64,000 bases of DNA from Octopus vulgaris. Its lineage: Eukaryota. Below are positions 13,670-26,254 of the stretch, piece after piece. Position 1 is the first letter of the stretch. The number at the start of each line of letters is the position of its first letter. The translations under genes were made by a program, and so were the position numbers. The DNA is taken from assembly GCA_951406725.2 (NCBI GenBank), contig OX597824.1, forward strand, positions 24,676,001 through 24,740,000. Reading direction: 5' to 3'. The notes beneath the pieces are model-generated. The model saw nothing but the letters and a program-made list of their open reading frames with translations. It had not been told where the DNA came from and ran no database searches.

Positions 13670-14051
13670 CAGGAGTGGTTGCATGGTAAGTAGCTTGCTT
13701 ACCAACCGGGTTCAGTCCTATTGCGTGGCACCTTGGGCAAGTGTCTTCTACTATAGTTTCGGACTGACCAAAGCCTTGTGAGTGGATTTGGTAGACAGAA
13801 ACTGAAAAGAAGCCCGTCGTATGTGTGTGTGTGTGTGTACATTTGTATGCCTATGGTTGTCCCAACACCATAGCTTGACAACCGATGCTGGTGTGTTAAC
13901 GTCCAGGTAACTTAGCGTTTCGGCGAAAGAGCCCGATAGAACAAGTACTAGTCTCACAAAGAATAAGTCCTGGGGTCGATTTGTTCGACCAAACGCGTTG
14001 CTCCAGCGTGGCCACAGTCAAATGACTGAAACAAATAAAAGAATAAAAGAG
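13668..14051 (+). mobile_element. SINE family A
   Basis: Near full-length match to the consensus. Confidence 0.88.
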
Positions 14052-14164
14052 TATCATACACTAGTATGTATAGTATTTCAGGTAGTGATACAATCAGCCA
14101 AAAGGATGTGTATTGATTTTCTGTCAAATACTTTATGACCAAATGTTCCCGCTCACGGTTTTTA

Positions 14165-14309
14165 TTGTTGTTGCTGTTGTTGTTGTTCTTCTTCTTGTTC
14201 TTCTTCTTCTTCTTGCTGTTTGATTATTCATTGTCGTTTTAGACATTGGTGTCTTTGTTGTATTAAAATTCACAAAACTATTCCTTCATTGTTCTTATTG
14301 CTGTTGTTG

Positions 14310-14403
<94 letters not shown>

Positions 14404-14409
14404 TGCTGT

Positions 14410-14463
<54 letters not shown>

Positions 14464-14795
14464 GACTACTACCAGATCAATCACTATCACCACCAACAAC
14501 ACTACTACAAACTCCACCACTACCACACTATTGCCACCACCACCACCATCACTACCCACCCTCACTACCACTACCAACACTACTACCACCACGACCACCA
14601 CTATCACAACCACCACCATTATCACCACTACTGCCACCACCACCACCGCCATAACCACCACCACCACCACCACCACTACCAACACTACTGTCACCACTAC
14701 CACCACCACCACCACCACCACTACCAATACTACTGTCACCACTACCACCACCACCATTACTACTGCTGTTACCGCTGTTGTTGATGATGATGATG
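14165..14795. repeat. Compound trinucleotide repeat (TTG/TTC, CTA, CTG, CAC/TAC)
   Basis: Directly visible; explains the poly-L/V/T ORFs. Confidence 0.95.
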
Positions 14796-15009
14796 CTGTC
14801 ATTGCATTTACTCTAATTAGTATAAACAAAGACGACTTTAATTCGCTGATTAAGATGGCAGCTCCCTCTCACATGGGAAGCATCCTTAATGTCCGAGTCT
14901 TAAACCAGCGACACAACTTTGTTTTTATTAAAGCAAAGCAAATACAAATAACAAACAACGAACAACAAAAGCCCAAAGGACGTTCATGGCTAAAATTATC
15001 AGGTTGACG

Positions 15010-15042
15010 CTAACGTTTCGGATATGGTCCTTTGTCGGATCC
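15010..15042 (-). ncRNA. Degenerate minimal hammerhead-like motif
   Basis: CCGACAA-A-GGA(CCATA)TCC-GAAA-CGTT; G8 position mutated, stem I poor. Confidence 0.35.
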
Positions 15043-15192
15043 TAGAAGGTCTAGGAGATGATGGGAAGAAAAGGAAGAGATGAAAAGATATAAGAATATA
15101 TACGTTTATAGATATGTATGTGTGCGTGCATGCCTGTAAGCGTGTATGTATACGTATAGATAAATAAATATTCAAATATATGCATACATGCA

Positions 15193-15230
<38 letters not shown>

Positions 15231-15311
15231 ATCTGTTTATCTATTGTCTGTGTGTATGTAAGCATGTATGTTTAAATATGTGTATGTGTACGTATTTATA
15301 TTTACCTTGAT

Positions 15312-15351
<40 letters not shown>

Positions 15352-15354
<3 letters not shown>

Positions 15355-15571
15355 TTGATGGACAAACTGAATTCGTTTCTCTATTTTCTTATTTGTATTA
15401 TAAATTTACGGCAAAAATATTTCTTTACCTTCATCCGTTTAATACAACAAATGAATTAATTCTATTGCAACTAAAAACATTTATGTATTAAGAATTTGGG
15501 TACTTTACCAATAGTATATTGGATAAATGATATCCCATAGTGGGTTACCCCCTAACCCCTATCTTACTCTG
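15352..15571 (+). mobile_element. Penelope-like terminal fragment
   Basis: TATATTGGATAAATGATATCCCATAG..AACCCCTATCTT resembles 1630-1688. Confidence 0.55.
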
Positions 15572-15595
15572 TGTGTGTGTATATATATATATATA

Positions 15596-15810
15596 GTTAA
15601 AGTTAATCCAAACAAGAAAGCACAAAAAAAAACACAACAACGCGAGGACGTGGAACAAATATAGTATTATTGGATGCTCAGGAAAGAAGGAAAGAAGGAG
15701 GGTTTAACGTTTCGAGTGGAGCTCTTCGTCGGAAACATAGGAGAAGGAAAGATCCAGAGGAGGGAATACAGAGGAAAAAAAATCGCCAATGGTACACACG
15801 AGGTCATAGA
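15596..15810 (-). mobile_element. Short pLTR-like element flanked by (TA)n with minimal hammerhead-like motif at 15702-15736
   Basis: gttt-CCGACGA-A-GAG(CTCCA)CTC-GAAA-CG-TT-aaac. Confidence 0.6.
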
Positions 15811-16494
15811 TATATATATATAAATCAAAGTAAATAACATCAGACATACGACCAAGAAAGAGCAAGGGACATTCACAGTTAATATTATTAGACTGATGCT
15901 CAATGGAGAAAATAAATGTTATAGAGTAAAAATATAACATTTCGGACATAGTTCTTTGTCGAACACTACATGAAAATTCAGGACAAATTGGGAAGAGATG
16001 GAAGAGAAGAAACGAGATAAAAACAGAGATGAGCCACCAAACTCACGTGGTCTGAGAATTGACTACAGCTAAAGAACCATTTAGTAAGAGGAGAATTAAT
16101 ACATGTATAACTATCAAACAAGGTGAATAAGTACTAAAGGCTAAAATAAGGATAAACAACACAAGATCCTTCAAAAACTCCTGGAATAAAAACCTAAACA
16201 CTTAAGTGACTTACCCTCTTTTTATCACTAAATTTCTTTCGTTTTTCGTCTCTCCTTCTCTAAGGAGAACAGAAAATATCGATAATATTTGTGTATAATT
16301 TTGTACAAGTTCTCAGTGTGCCACAGGTCATATGTCGAAGTGATCACAGAGCAATGTGAAAGGAAGTGTTTTGTTCAAGAACACAACGCAGAACCCGGTC
16401 CCAATTTTAAGACTACGATTTCATGGTCGTAAGTGCAGTATCATGATCAGTTTACCACACAGCCTCATAGCACTTATGGTAGGAATACAACTAT

Positions 16495-16708
16495 TGGCTT
16501 CAAATTTTCGTACAAAGGCAGTAATTTCGGGAGAAGGGAACAGTCAGATGCATCGACCTCAGTGCTCAACTAGTTCTTATTTTATCGTCCCCAAAAGACT
16601 GAAAGGCGAAGCCGACCTCAGCGGAATATCAACCAAGAACTTAAAGACGGACGAAATGCCGCTAAGCATTTTGAATGGCGTGTTAACGATTTTGCCAGCT
16701 CGTCGCCT
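16495..16708 (-). mobile_element. SINE family B (alternative tail), diverged
   Basis: Head and central domain recognisable. Confidence 0.75.
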
Positions 16709-17200
16709 TCAATATGAACAAAAATATTAATTGAGAAATAAAAAATAAGAGAGGGAGAGAGAGAGAGAGAGAGAGAGACATACAGACAGAGAGACATACA
16801 GACAGACAGACATAAAGGAAGAGAAAGAGATTGAGGCGAGAGGCAGCAGAGTCAGTAACAACAACGGAAGGGCACATACGCTGCTGTTTCTACAAAACAC
16901 TCCAGTCCCAGCCGTGAGGATTGTAGTAAAAAGCTCACCTCATGTTTGGTGTTACCAGTTAATCACTAAGAGACAGCAGACTTGCTTCCAGTAGTACCAG
17001 TACCTCATCGCCTTGCAATGATAAGGACCCCATAGAGTTTGACGGCATAGACAGAAAAAGAACCCTAAGACAAGAAAATGTACTTGAACTGGAGTTGTCC
17101 GAAATATACCGGTTGGAGCTTCTTGTGCCACGACAGCAAGGAATGACATGGTTGCTCAGGTTACATTCGTATTTACTCTCTTATTTAACTATGTCAAGAT

Positions 17201-17686
17201 AAGCCTCTTCTCCTTATCTCCTCAAAGACATACAGCATCTCGAAAGAGTCCAGAAGCTGGCTACCCGCATGGTTCATGGTCTCAAAGATTTGTCTTATGA
17301 AGAAAGGCTGAGGACGCTCGACCTTTATTCTCTAGAAAAACGCCGCCGCCGCCGTGGTGATCTCATTCTCGCTCACAACATCATAAGCGGAAAGTGTAAC
17401 CTCTCGAAAGAGCTGTTCTTCACTCCTGCTCCAGAGCGTCGGCTGCGGGGTCATTCCAAAAAGCTCTACCTGCGACGATTTCATCTCAATGGAAGGAGAG
17501 GAGCTTTCTCCGTCCGGGTTGCGGATCCGTGGAACAAGCTGCCAGACGAGATAGTGAAGATGCCGACGACCGCTTTGTTCAAAGCCTCCCTTGACCTCAA
17601 GTGGCCTGAACTCTTTACATGAACACCACCCTGTACTTAACTCCATGTCCCCCTACATGGCCTTGCTATTTGCTTTTGAGCCAAAT

Positions 17687-17738
<52 letters not shown>
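17201..17738 (+). mobile_element. CR1-group LINE 3' fragment with (TAAC)n tail; close sibling of 1809-4198
   Basis: ORF 17269..17622 nearly identical to the C-terminus of ORF 1897..3429; same 3' UTR. Confidence 0.95.
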
Positions 17739-18080
17739 ATGGCCCAGTGGTTAGAGAGTCGGGATCACAATCATGAGGTAGTGAGTTCGATTCCCGAACT
17801 GGGCTGTGTGTTGTGTTCTTGAGCAAGACACTTTATTTCACGTTGCTCCATTTCACTCAGCCGTAGAAACGAGTTATGACGTCACTGGTGCCAAGCTGTA
17901 TCAGCCTTTACCTCTCCCTTGGATAACACTGGTGGAATGGTGGTGAGGGGTGACTGGTATGCTTCGGCAACTGTTGGTCTTCTATAACCAGCATTGCCCG
18001 AACTTGTGCCCCGGAGGAGAACTTTCTAGGTGCAATCCCATGGTCATTCATGACTGAAAAGGATTTTCTTTGCCCTTACC
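17739..18080 (+). mobile_element. tRNA-derived SINE (third family, CORE-like)
   Basis: A box TGGCCCAGTGGTTAG, B box GAGTTCGATTCCC, TTGTGTTCTTGAGCAAGACACTT. Confidence 0.8.
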
Positions 18081-18081
18081 T

Positions 18082-18592
18082 TACTTACTTATTTAAGCCC
18101 TTTACTCCTTGCGGAGCGTAGGCCATGCGACTGTTCTTCACTCTTCTCGACTCTGGACTGTGTTTCTACTCCCAGGTCTTGTCACTAACGTAGCTGGATA
18201 GGGTGGTGGGGCGGTCCGTACTGGATGGCACTTTTATGGGGGCGGTACTACTTTGGGGTCTGCTTTTTTTTTGCATTTTTTGTGGGAGTTCGGGGGTGGC
18301 AAACTGAAGGGCCGCCCGGGTGGCACACACTCTATCTACGCTAGTAGTAAAATTATCCTCGTCGCTTCAGTAACTTTGTTTTCTTCCCACGTAGGGGTAT
18401 TGCCCTCCCCCACTGCAAACCCATTTCTACCTCTGCGAAGAGGTGATGCATAATAACCTGGCTACTGTCCTTTCACCTGTCCAGCATGGGATGCTCTATT
18501 AGGGGCTTGCACATCGCTGGCATACCACTCTGGGTCACTGAGACACACAAGCATCCACACCGCAACAAGGTGTATACTTTGTGGATAAGATT
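18082..18592 (-). mobile_element. RTE-derived non-autonomous element (5' UTR joined to 3' end), interrupted by a MITE
   Basis: Minus strand starts CCTTGTTGCGGTG..GCTTGTGTGTCTCAGTGA..CCCATGCTGGACAGGTGAAAGG (RTE 5' UTR-like) and ends GGCCTACGCTCCGCAAGGAGTAAAAGGGC-(TAAG)n. Confidence 0.5.
18184..18345. mobile_element. Degenerate hAT-like MITE
   Basis: Imperfect termini ACTAACGTAGCT../..ATCTACGCTAGT with GC-rich GGGCGG/CCGCCC subterminal motifs. Confidence 0.4.
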
Positions 18593-18929
18593 ACAATACT
18601 AGGATATCAATTTAAAGACGATTGTGGCTGCTATTTCTAGCATGTCCAGTGGCAACATAGAGAGCCACCGTTGGCATGTCAAAAAACCTGCACTAGTTCA
18701 CAGTTTATATTTAGTGTCGGCGCCAATTCCGAGAAGTGCTTTTGTTGTAGTTGTTCTTGTTATTGTTATTGCACTGTTGCAGTTCTAGTTTTGATTTTTA
18801 CTGTTGTGCTTGGGTATGTACCAGGATGTTTGTTGACCCGCAGCACGTGACTTGTTGTTGTCAGGTTACATTTCTAAGAAATTCAACGAGGTCACTTTCT
18901 TAGAAAATACAATTCAAATAAATAAGCAT

Positions 18930-19362
18930 TCATACATACATGGAAGCATATATACATACATACATACATACATACATACATACATACATACATACATACA
19001 TACAAACATACTTACATACATTGACATACACACAAACGTACATACAGACATACGTACATGCATTCATACATACATACATACATTGACATACAAACATACA
19101 TGCATACATACATACATACATACGTACGTACGTACATACATACATACATACATACATACATACATACAAACATACATACATACATATATTGACATACATA
19201 CATACATACAAACATACATACATTGGCATACATACAAGCATACATACATACATTGACATACATGCATGCATACATACATACATACATACATACATACATA
19301 CATACATACATACATACATACATACATACATACATACATACATGTATTCATTCATACATACA
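18930..19362. repeat. (CATA)n degenerate microsatellite
   Basis: Directly visible. Confidence 0.95.
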
Positions 19363-19686
19363 CTCTGAAATAAAAAATATATTTTGCACTCAATTTGCAC
19401 TGTTGGAGGCTCCCTCGATTGAAAATCACAACATCTTTCGTACCTTTCAATTTTACTCCCTCCAGTTTCACCAGTTAGCACTGATGCCACTCGAGAATGT
19501 CTCCGTCCTCTTTTTGCACTCTTTTTGCCTCTCATATCCTCTGTTATCCAACAGGTGCAACTATAACCTCTTCTATCACACACAACTATTTAGATTTACT
19601 ATATGTTGAGGATACATTCTTAGCTCTCAATTTTCTGTATTCTCAAACATGCCTCTGCCATTTTCACTATGAAACATTTCTAGCTG

Positions 19687-20104
19687 GGATCATTTCGGTG
19701 TGAACGGCAGTTTTTTCTAGCGGTGTCATATGGAATTGTCACCCATAATTATGACCCTAGAATCGATCTATTGCATTTCAATCTTTTTTAGGGTTAGGGT
19801 TAGGGGTGGGAGAAGGGTATCTTTTTTTTCCTTCACAAATGTAAATAAACCCAATCTCTTTCTTAAACGAGAGACATATTCATACGGCACAGAATGCTTT
19901 TTAACTCAATAGACGTCACTGATTGGTTCAAATTGCAGAAATTGAAGGAAAAAACCCCAAATATCTTACAAACTATAGAATTTTCTCAATAAAGCCAAGA
20001 GAAAAAGATGTTTTATAAACACATTCTACCAGTATACGAAGTTTAACATTTTTTTAGTTACCTAGAAATTATGTTAAAAACTGCCGTTCAAACCGAAAAG
20101 ATCC
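19687..20104. mobile_element. MITE with ~29-bp TIRs starting GG and perfect 8-bp TSD (Merlin-like by terminus)
   Basis: TIR GGATC(A/T)TTTCGGT(G/T)TGAACGGCAGTTTTT; TCTAGCTG at 19679-19686 and 20105-20112. Confidence 0.88.
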
Positions 20105-21068
20105 TCTAGCTGTTTTCTTCAGTTTGCCAATCAATGCTTTGCTGTATTTCCTTCAGACCAATTCTAGCTATGTATAACAGAGCATGTCCAACAATGGACC
20201 TACGATATCCCACATTAACAAGACGTAACCAAGCACTGCTATCCTCGAACTTCACATAATTCCTTAAATCTTTCATATTTTACGCCTTCCCTTTCATGTA
20301 CTCCTTGTCATAATTCCTTCACAACGCACCACCTTCAGCTCGACAATCAGAACTTTTTGTCAGATCAGGCCATGCAAGGGTAACATTCTCCGAAAAGCGT
20401 GCCGCATGAGACACGAATCATCATTAGGTGGGCTGCACTACTAAAAACGTTTTGGCAACTTTTCGCAGACGTGCCATTCAGAAAGTCACACATATCGCAG
20501 ATTGCTGGTGGCTGTATCAGACCATAGTTGACCTGGCGCTACTTCAATTTTCGAAAATAGCTGAACTATATGATCGATTCCTTTACATTTACCAGCATAT
20601 TCGGGTCAATAGTTCCTTTCAGATGTCTCATCGGTCCGTTTACGCTCCCACGTTGCCCTTTCTTACAGTCCTTGTAAAAACCATGAAATTTTAATTTGAA
20701 CTGAGTTGGCCCTCAATTCATCCAAAAGATTTGTTATTTGAGTTCATCAGCGTGAAAACTTAAGACGTGATTATGCCACAAAAAGGATGCTGCAAGGGAT
20801 TATGTGCATGGAACTAAAACGAGGTGTAATAAGGTGTAACTGTTGCTCGCATGATGGATAATGGACAGCATCATTCCAGCCTCGCTATATAATACAGGCA
20901 AATCGTTCTTCACAGTTGGGAAGAAACGAAACCTGATTGGCGAAGAATTACATGTGTAAGTGCATAAATTACATACCAACACTAATATGTATGTATGTAT
21001 GTATGTATGTATTTATGTATGTATGTATGTATGTATGTATGTATGTATTTATGTATGTATGTACGTAC

Positions 21069-21099
<31 letters not shown>

Positions 21100-21115
21100 T
21101 ACACACATACATACA

Positions 21116-21148
<33 letters not shown>

Positions 21149-21166
21149 GTGTTTTATATATATATA

Positions 21167-21307
21167 CAAATTGAGATAGGGGTTGTAAATTCAATCCTCC
21201 ATGGGATAACATATATCCAATATACTGTGGTGGTTTAATAAAGTATGTGATTGAGTATTATCTGGTAATTGATGTTTGATTTAGATGTATTTCTCCATTT
21301 TCTTATT

Positions 21308-21312
<5 letters not shown>
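21167..21312 (-). mobile_element. Penelope-like terminal fragment between (TA)n tracts
   Basis: Reverse complement matches 1631-1688 (ATATTGGATATATGTTAT.CCATGGAGG..TTTACAACCCCTATCTCAATTTG). Confidence 0.75.
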
Positions 21313-21351
<39 letters not shown>

Positions 21352-21403
21352 GTACATACATACATGCATACATAAACAGGTAGACAGACAGATAGAAAGG
21401 TAA

Positions 21404-21502
<99 letters not shown>

Positions 21503-21610
21503 TGCATACATGCCTTCATATACTATATCCTGTTCTACAAGTTGCCAACCAGCCAGTCATGGTATTTCGTTATTGTATTACATACTGACACGTTCAACAC
21601 ACACAGACAC

Positions 21611-21673
<63 letters not shown>

Positions 21674-22073
21674 ATTGTATATATGTATATATATACATAT
21701 GCATATATAAACTACTGGCATATTTATACAAACGAGGGCGTATGTTCGAAACGAAATGAAGTGAAAGTGAATTTTAAATTCTCTTTAATGTGTATGTACA
21801 ATCATAAGCTTTTTCTGTTCATGTGTATGAGACGTAACAAAAAGCCGTAAGAGTTTTCAGTGCATTTGTAGACATATGACTAAACAGAATGTAACCAGAT
21901 TTTGCTTATTTATCTCTTTATTTATTTATTTACTGTTGTATTTCCATCCTTATATCTAAAACATAAATTCTGAATGAAAACGTTGATCGGAACGAGATTG
22001 TAATTCCGACCGTTTCACTCGAAACTCTGTAGTATTTGTCAGTCAATGCATTACTATAATGTCGTTAACATAA

Positions 22074-22488
22074 GGCGGCGAGCTGGAAGAATCGTTAGCA
22101 CGTCGGGTGAAATGCGTAGCCGTATTTCGTCTGCCGCTACGTTCTGAGTTCAAATTCCGCCGAGGTTGACTTTGCCTTTCATCCTTTCGGGGTCGATAAA
22201 TTAAGTACCAGTTTCGCTCTGGGGTCGTTGTAATCGACTTAATCCCTTTGTCTGTCCTTGTTTGTCCCCTCTGTGTTTAGCCCCTTGTGGGTAGTAAAGA
22301 AATAGGTATTTCGTCTGCCGCTATGTTCTGAGTTCAAATTCCGCCGAGGTTGACTTTGCCCTTCATCCTTTCGGGGTCGATAAATAAAGTACCAGTTTCG
22401 CACTGGGGTCGTTGTAATCGACTTAATCCCTTTGTCTGTCCTTGTTTGTCCCCTCTATGTTTAGCCCCTTGTGGGCAATAAAGAAATA
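22074..22488 (+). mobile_element. SINE family B dimer (184-nt period)
   Basis: tRNA-like head (A box TGGAAGAATCG, B box GAGTTCAAATTCC); second unit begins at GGTATTTCGTC (22305); diverged TSD TATAAT..GTTAACA. Confidence 0.92.
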
Positions 22489-22544
22489 TATAATCTTGTT
22501 AACAAGACTATTAATACAAAGGTGGTACAGCCTCTCCGCCAAAT

Positions 22545-22965
22545 TACAGACGCGTCGTACAAAATGTTTTGCGGCATTTCGCCTGTCTTTGTGCTCTGAG
22601 TTCAAATTCCGCCGGGGTCGACTTTGTATTTATTTTATCCTTTCGGGGCGGATGAAAAAAAGTACCTATCGAACAATGGAGTCGATATAACCGACTATAC
22701 CCTTACCCACAAATTTCAGTTTTGTGCCTATAGTAGAAAGGATTATTATCCGTGTCTTTGTATTGTGCCCCTCAGCCTTCGTCCGGATAGCAAATAAAAG
22801 AAATCATTGTTGTTTTTGTTAAGGCGATCGGCTGGAAGAATCAGTAGCAAGCCGGACAAAATGCTTAGCGGCATTTCGTTCGTCCTTACGTTCTGAGTTC
22901 AAATTCCGCTGAGATCGACTTTGCCTTTCATCCTTTCGGAGTCGTCGATAAAATTAAGTACCAGT
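22545..22965 (+). mobile_element. Two older SINE family B copies
   Basis: Heads and central domains at 22545-22745 and 22821-22965. Confidence 0.78.
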
Positions 22966-22986
22966 TGATCTCCTATAGGGAGAAGG

Positions 22987-22987
<1 letters not shown>

Positions 22988-23029
<42 letters not shown>

Positions 23030-23042
23030 CCATCACCATCAC

Positions 23043-23077
<35 letters not shown>

Positions 23078-23090
23078 CCATCACCATCAC

Positions 23091-23134
<44 letters not shown>

Positions 23135-23153
23135 CCATCACCATCACCATCAC

Positions 23154-23190
<37 letters not shown>

Positions 23191-23449
23191 TTCATCATCA
23201 TCATCATCACCATCACCATCACCATCATCATCAACATCACCATCATCATCATCACCATCACCATCATCATCACCATCACCATCACCATCATCATCATCAT
23301 CATCATCATCATCTTCATCATCATCATCATCATCATCACCATCACCATCACCATCATCATCATCATCATCATCATCATCACCATCACCATCACCATCATC
23401 ATCACCATCATCATCATCATCACCATCACCATCACCATCATCGTCATCG

Positions 23450-23481
<32 letters not shown>

Positions 23482-23516
23482 TTCATCATCATCATCATCA
23501 TCACCATCACCATCAC

Positions 23517-23565
<49 letters not shown>

Positions 23566-23587
23566 GCCTTTGTCGTCGTCGTCGTCA
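22988..23587. repeat. (CAT)n/(CAC)n trinucleotide array
   Basis: Directly visible; source of the poly-H/M/D ORFs. Confidence 0.97.
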
Positions 23588-23659
23588 TTCTCATTAGTCT
23601 TATCGTTCCATTTTGCTCTGAGTTTTTGATGCTGTAAAGCCGTGTCCAAACTATGGACT

Positions 23660-24055
23660 TGACCTGCTATAAAGGAAGATATCGCTTGTTTGATAGTGCG
23701 ATCTTCTGGATTACATGGAGACTGATAGTGCACAGGATACGATTGGTGAACGTTTTCGTGCCTTTCTTCATCCGATGCCCCAGACATCTGATGATTATAA
23801 GTATTATTTCCGTCTTCATATTCCACATTCAGTTAATTTCAGTCTCCAACTATTTGTACTTTATTAACATTTCTTCGATTTTCACGGAGGCATTACTTTC
23901 GGAAGGTATTCCGGTCAACAACTTTTATCTCTTTAATAATATAGGCAGACCTGCTCCAGACGAGTCTGACGTTACTGCTGTCAGTGATTATGCGTACTAG
24001 TAGAAAAACAACCCTCCGGGCGGTTTTCTGCTGGCATATGTGTTGGGCATATTGA
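23660..24055 (-). mobile_element. R4/Dong-like restriction-like endonuclease C-terminal fragment
   Basis: IPSESNASVKIEEMLIKYK*LETEIN*MWNMKTEIILIIIRCLG..VIQKIAL matches the K..KY.DL..E..RMW..K...IPI..GALG..IQK motif. Confidence 0.75.
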
Positions 24056-24099
24056 TATTATATTACATGGAAAAATGCGAGCATGAAAAGTAATATTCT

Positions 24100-24516
24100 T
24101 AAGATTATAAACCTGGACAAGTTATTAACACCTTTAAAAGTATAGGACAAACTATTACTTTTAGTAAAGTAAAGAATAATAAACTTTTTTACTCAAAATA
24201 TTGCAGCAAAGAATACCAGTTCTTCTAATTTATCACTCTTTACAGTTCTCATCTTTTAAATTTATTGTACAAAACTGTTCAGCTAATTTATAAGTTTGTC
24301 TAATTAGTCACTGTTTTCTGTATTTAAGGTAGTAAATTAGCCAAATTCTACTTAAATCAGTAGATTGTTATTTGTAAACTATAATAGAATAAGTTTTAAT
24401 ATTCAAATTTTAATTTTAGCTGCAATATTTTCAGTAAAAAGTTTCTTACTTTTCACTTTACTTGAAGTAATAGTTTGTAATAACTTGTCCTGCACTTTTC
24501 CAGGTTTATAATCTTA
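24100..24516. mobile_element. AT-rich MITE
   Basis: TIR TAAGATTATAAACCTGGA / TCCAGGTTTATAATCTTA plus subterminal ACAAACTATTACTT / AAGTAATAGTTTGT. Confidence 0.7.
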
Positions 24517-24893
24517 TGAAATAATGGGTAGGGAGATACTTTGGCTGCTATTTTTAGCGTTTCGAGCGACCAGACCATGTAGAGGCTCCTTCATTTGATT
24601 GCATGATGAGACTTTTTTTTACATATACATGTATAATATGCATATATATCATCGACAGAAGTTAGAGAGTAAGTAAAAACCTGAAAGTTTCGTGTATTGG
24701 CAATTATCAAACACGAATTTGTCTAGTATTAACTGGTATTCTATTGGCCTCTTTTGCCGAAGCGCTAAGTTACGGGGACATACCTATACCGGTTGTCAGG
24801 GGATGGGGGTACAAACACACACACACACATACATACATACATACATACATACATACATACATACATACATACATACATACATACATACATACA

Positions 24894-25124
<231 letters not shown>

Positions 25125-26254
25125 ACTGACGAAATAACTTCTAAAATACAAAATTCTGTCAAAAACGTTAAGAGTAAATCCTGCAGTATCGGAAGTTTCA
25201 AAGTGTTTAGTTTAAAAAATTAATTAAATAATCTGTACGTCAAATTGAATAGACCCGAAATGGATAAAAAGCAAAGTTGATCTCGGCGGAATTTGAACTC
25301 AAAACGTAGACACAGTTAAGCATTGCCCTCCGACGCGCAAACATTTCTGCCAGTTAGTCGCCTTACTGCGTAAGCATTCATTTTAGCAATATAATCTTTA
25401 TTAATATTCTTATTGATAAGCGTTACTTCCTTACTCTCTTACTTACACGAAATTTCGTGGTATTTCACCCCATAACTTTTCTTCTACTAATTTTTGTTCA
25501 ATGCGACTAACGGCACTGAATTCCTCATACATTTTTCTATCATTTAAGTTTAAGAAAAGTATACTTTTATTTTAAGATTAAAAAGTTTATGTTAATTTAA
25601 GGTGAATAGGTGCCTTACTGCCCCCCTTGAGGTCGCAGATATTTTGATGTAACGTTTTTTCTACTGAACCAAATCTCAAATTATTTATGCCAAAGTGTAG
25701 CTGAAGAGGTATCCTCTTTAAAACTGTTAATAGTTTGTAATTTAGTTGAGAACTGAACTAGTGGTGAAGCTTGAAAACTGCTGCGATTGACGAAATGGCG
25801 GACATATGAATAAGTGGTTGAATGACAGAGTAAATTGACAATATGCTCATAAATTGAACAAAGACTTTGTTATAGCTTATTCTGTAATCAGTAAAATAAT
25901 CCGTGATTCATTTGAAAAAGACGATAATGAAAATTGGAAAAGAGATGAGACTGTCAAGGGAAAAATGTTCATGAATCTTCACTTGAATGAATTTGAAAAT
26001 AGATGTTTTGATGGGAATTAATGAATTACATTAATCAATATGAAGTGTTGAGTTTTGCTAAATTGTTGTTTCATTATATTCACTTATAGACGTCTTAAGT
26101 GTTTCTAGTGTCCCTTTCCTATCAATTAAAAAGAAAATTAAATACATTTCAATTAAAAGAGAGCAATGAATTATCACCTCACTGGTAGAATTTGTTGGCA
26201 GACACAACTGTCAGCAAATGGACCCTTTTCATTTATCTCGGTTAATATTGATGG

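Noticed and set aside
14220-15007. Mucin-like Thr/Pro-rich and poly-Leu/Val ORFs
   Set aside because: Compound trinucleotide repeats open in several frames; no splice or domain evidence.
17739-17800. tRNA genes at SINE heads (also 63180-63254 and SINE-A/B heads)
   Set aside because: A/B boxes are present, but there is no complete cloverleaf and they run into SINE bodies.
19788-19810. True telomere or chromosome-fusion site
   Set aside because: Only three TTAGGG units, located inside a TIR/TSD-bounded element.
22899-23826. Poly-His/Met/Asp ORFs, including the 290-aa acidic ORF with a unique-looking N-terminus
   Set aside because: Translation of a (CAT)n array; the N-terminus is an off-frame reading of an R4/Dong-like LINE remnant.
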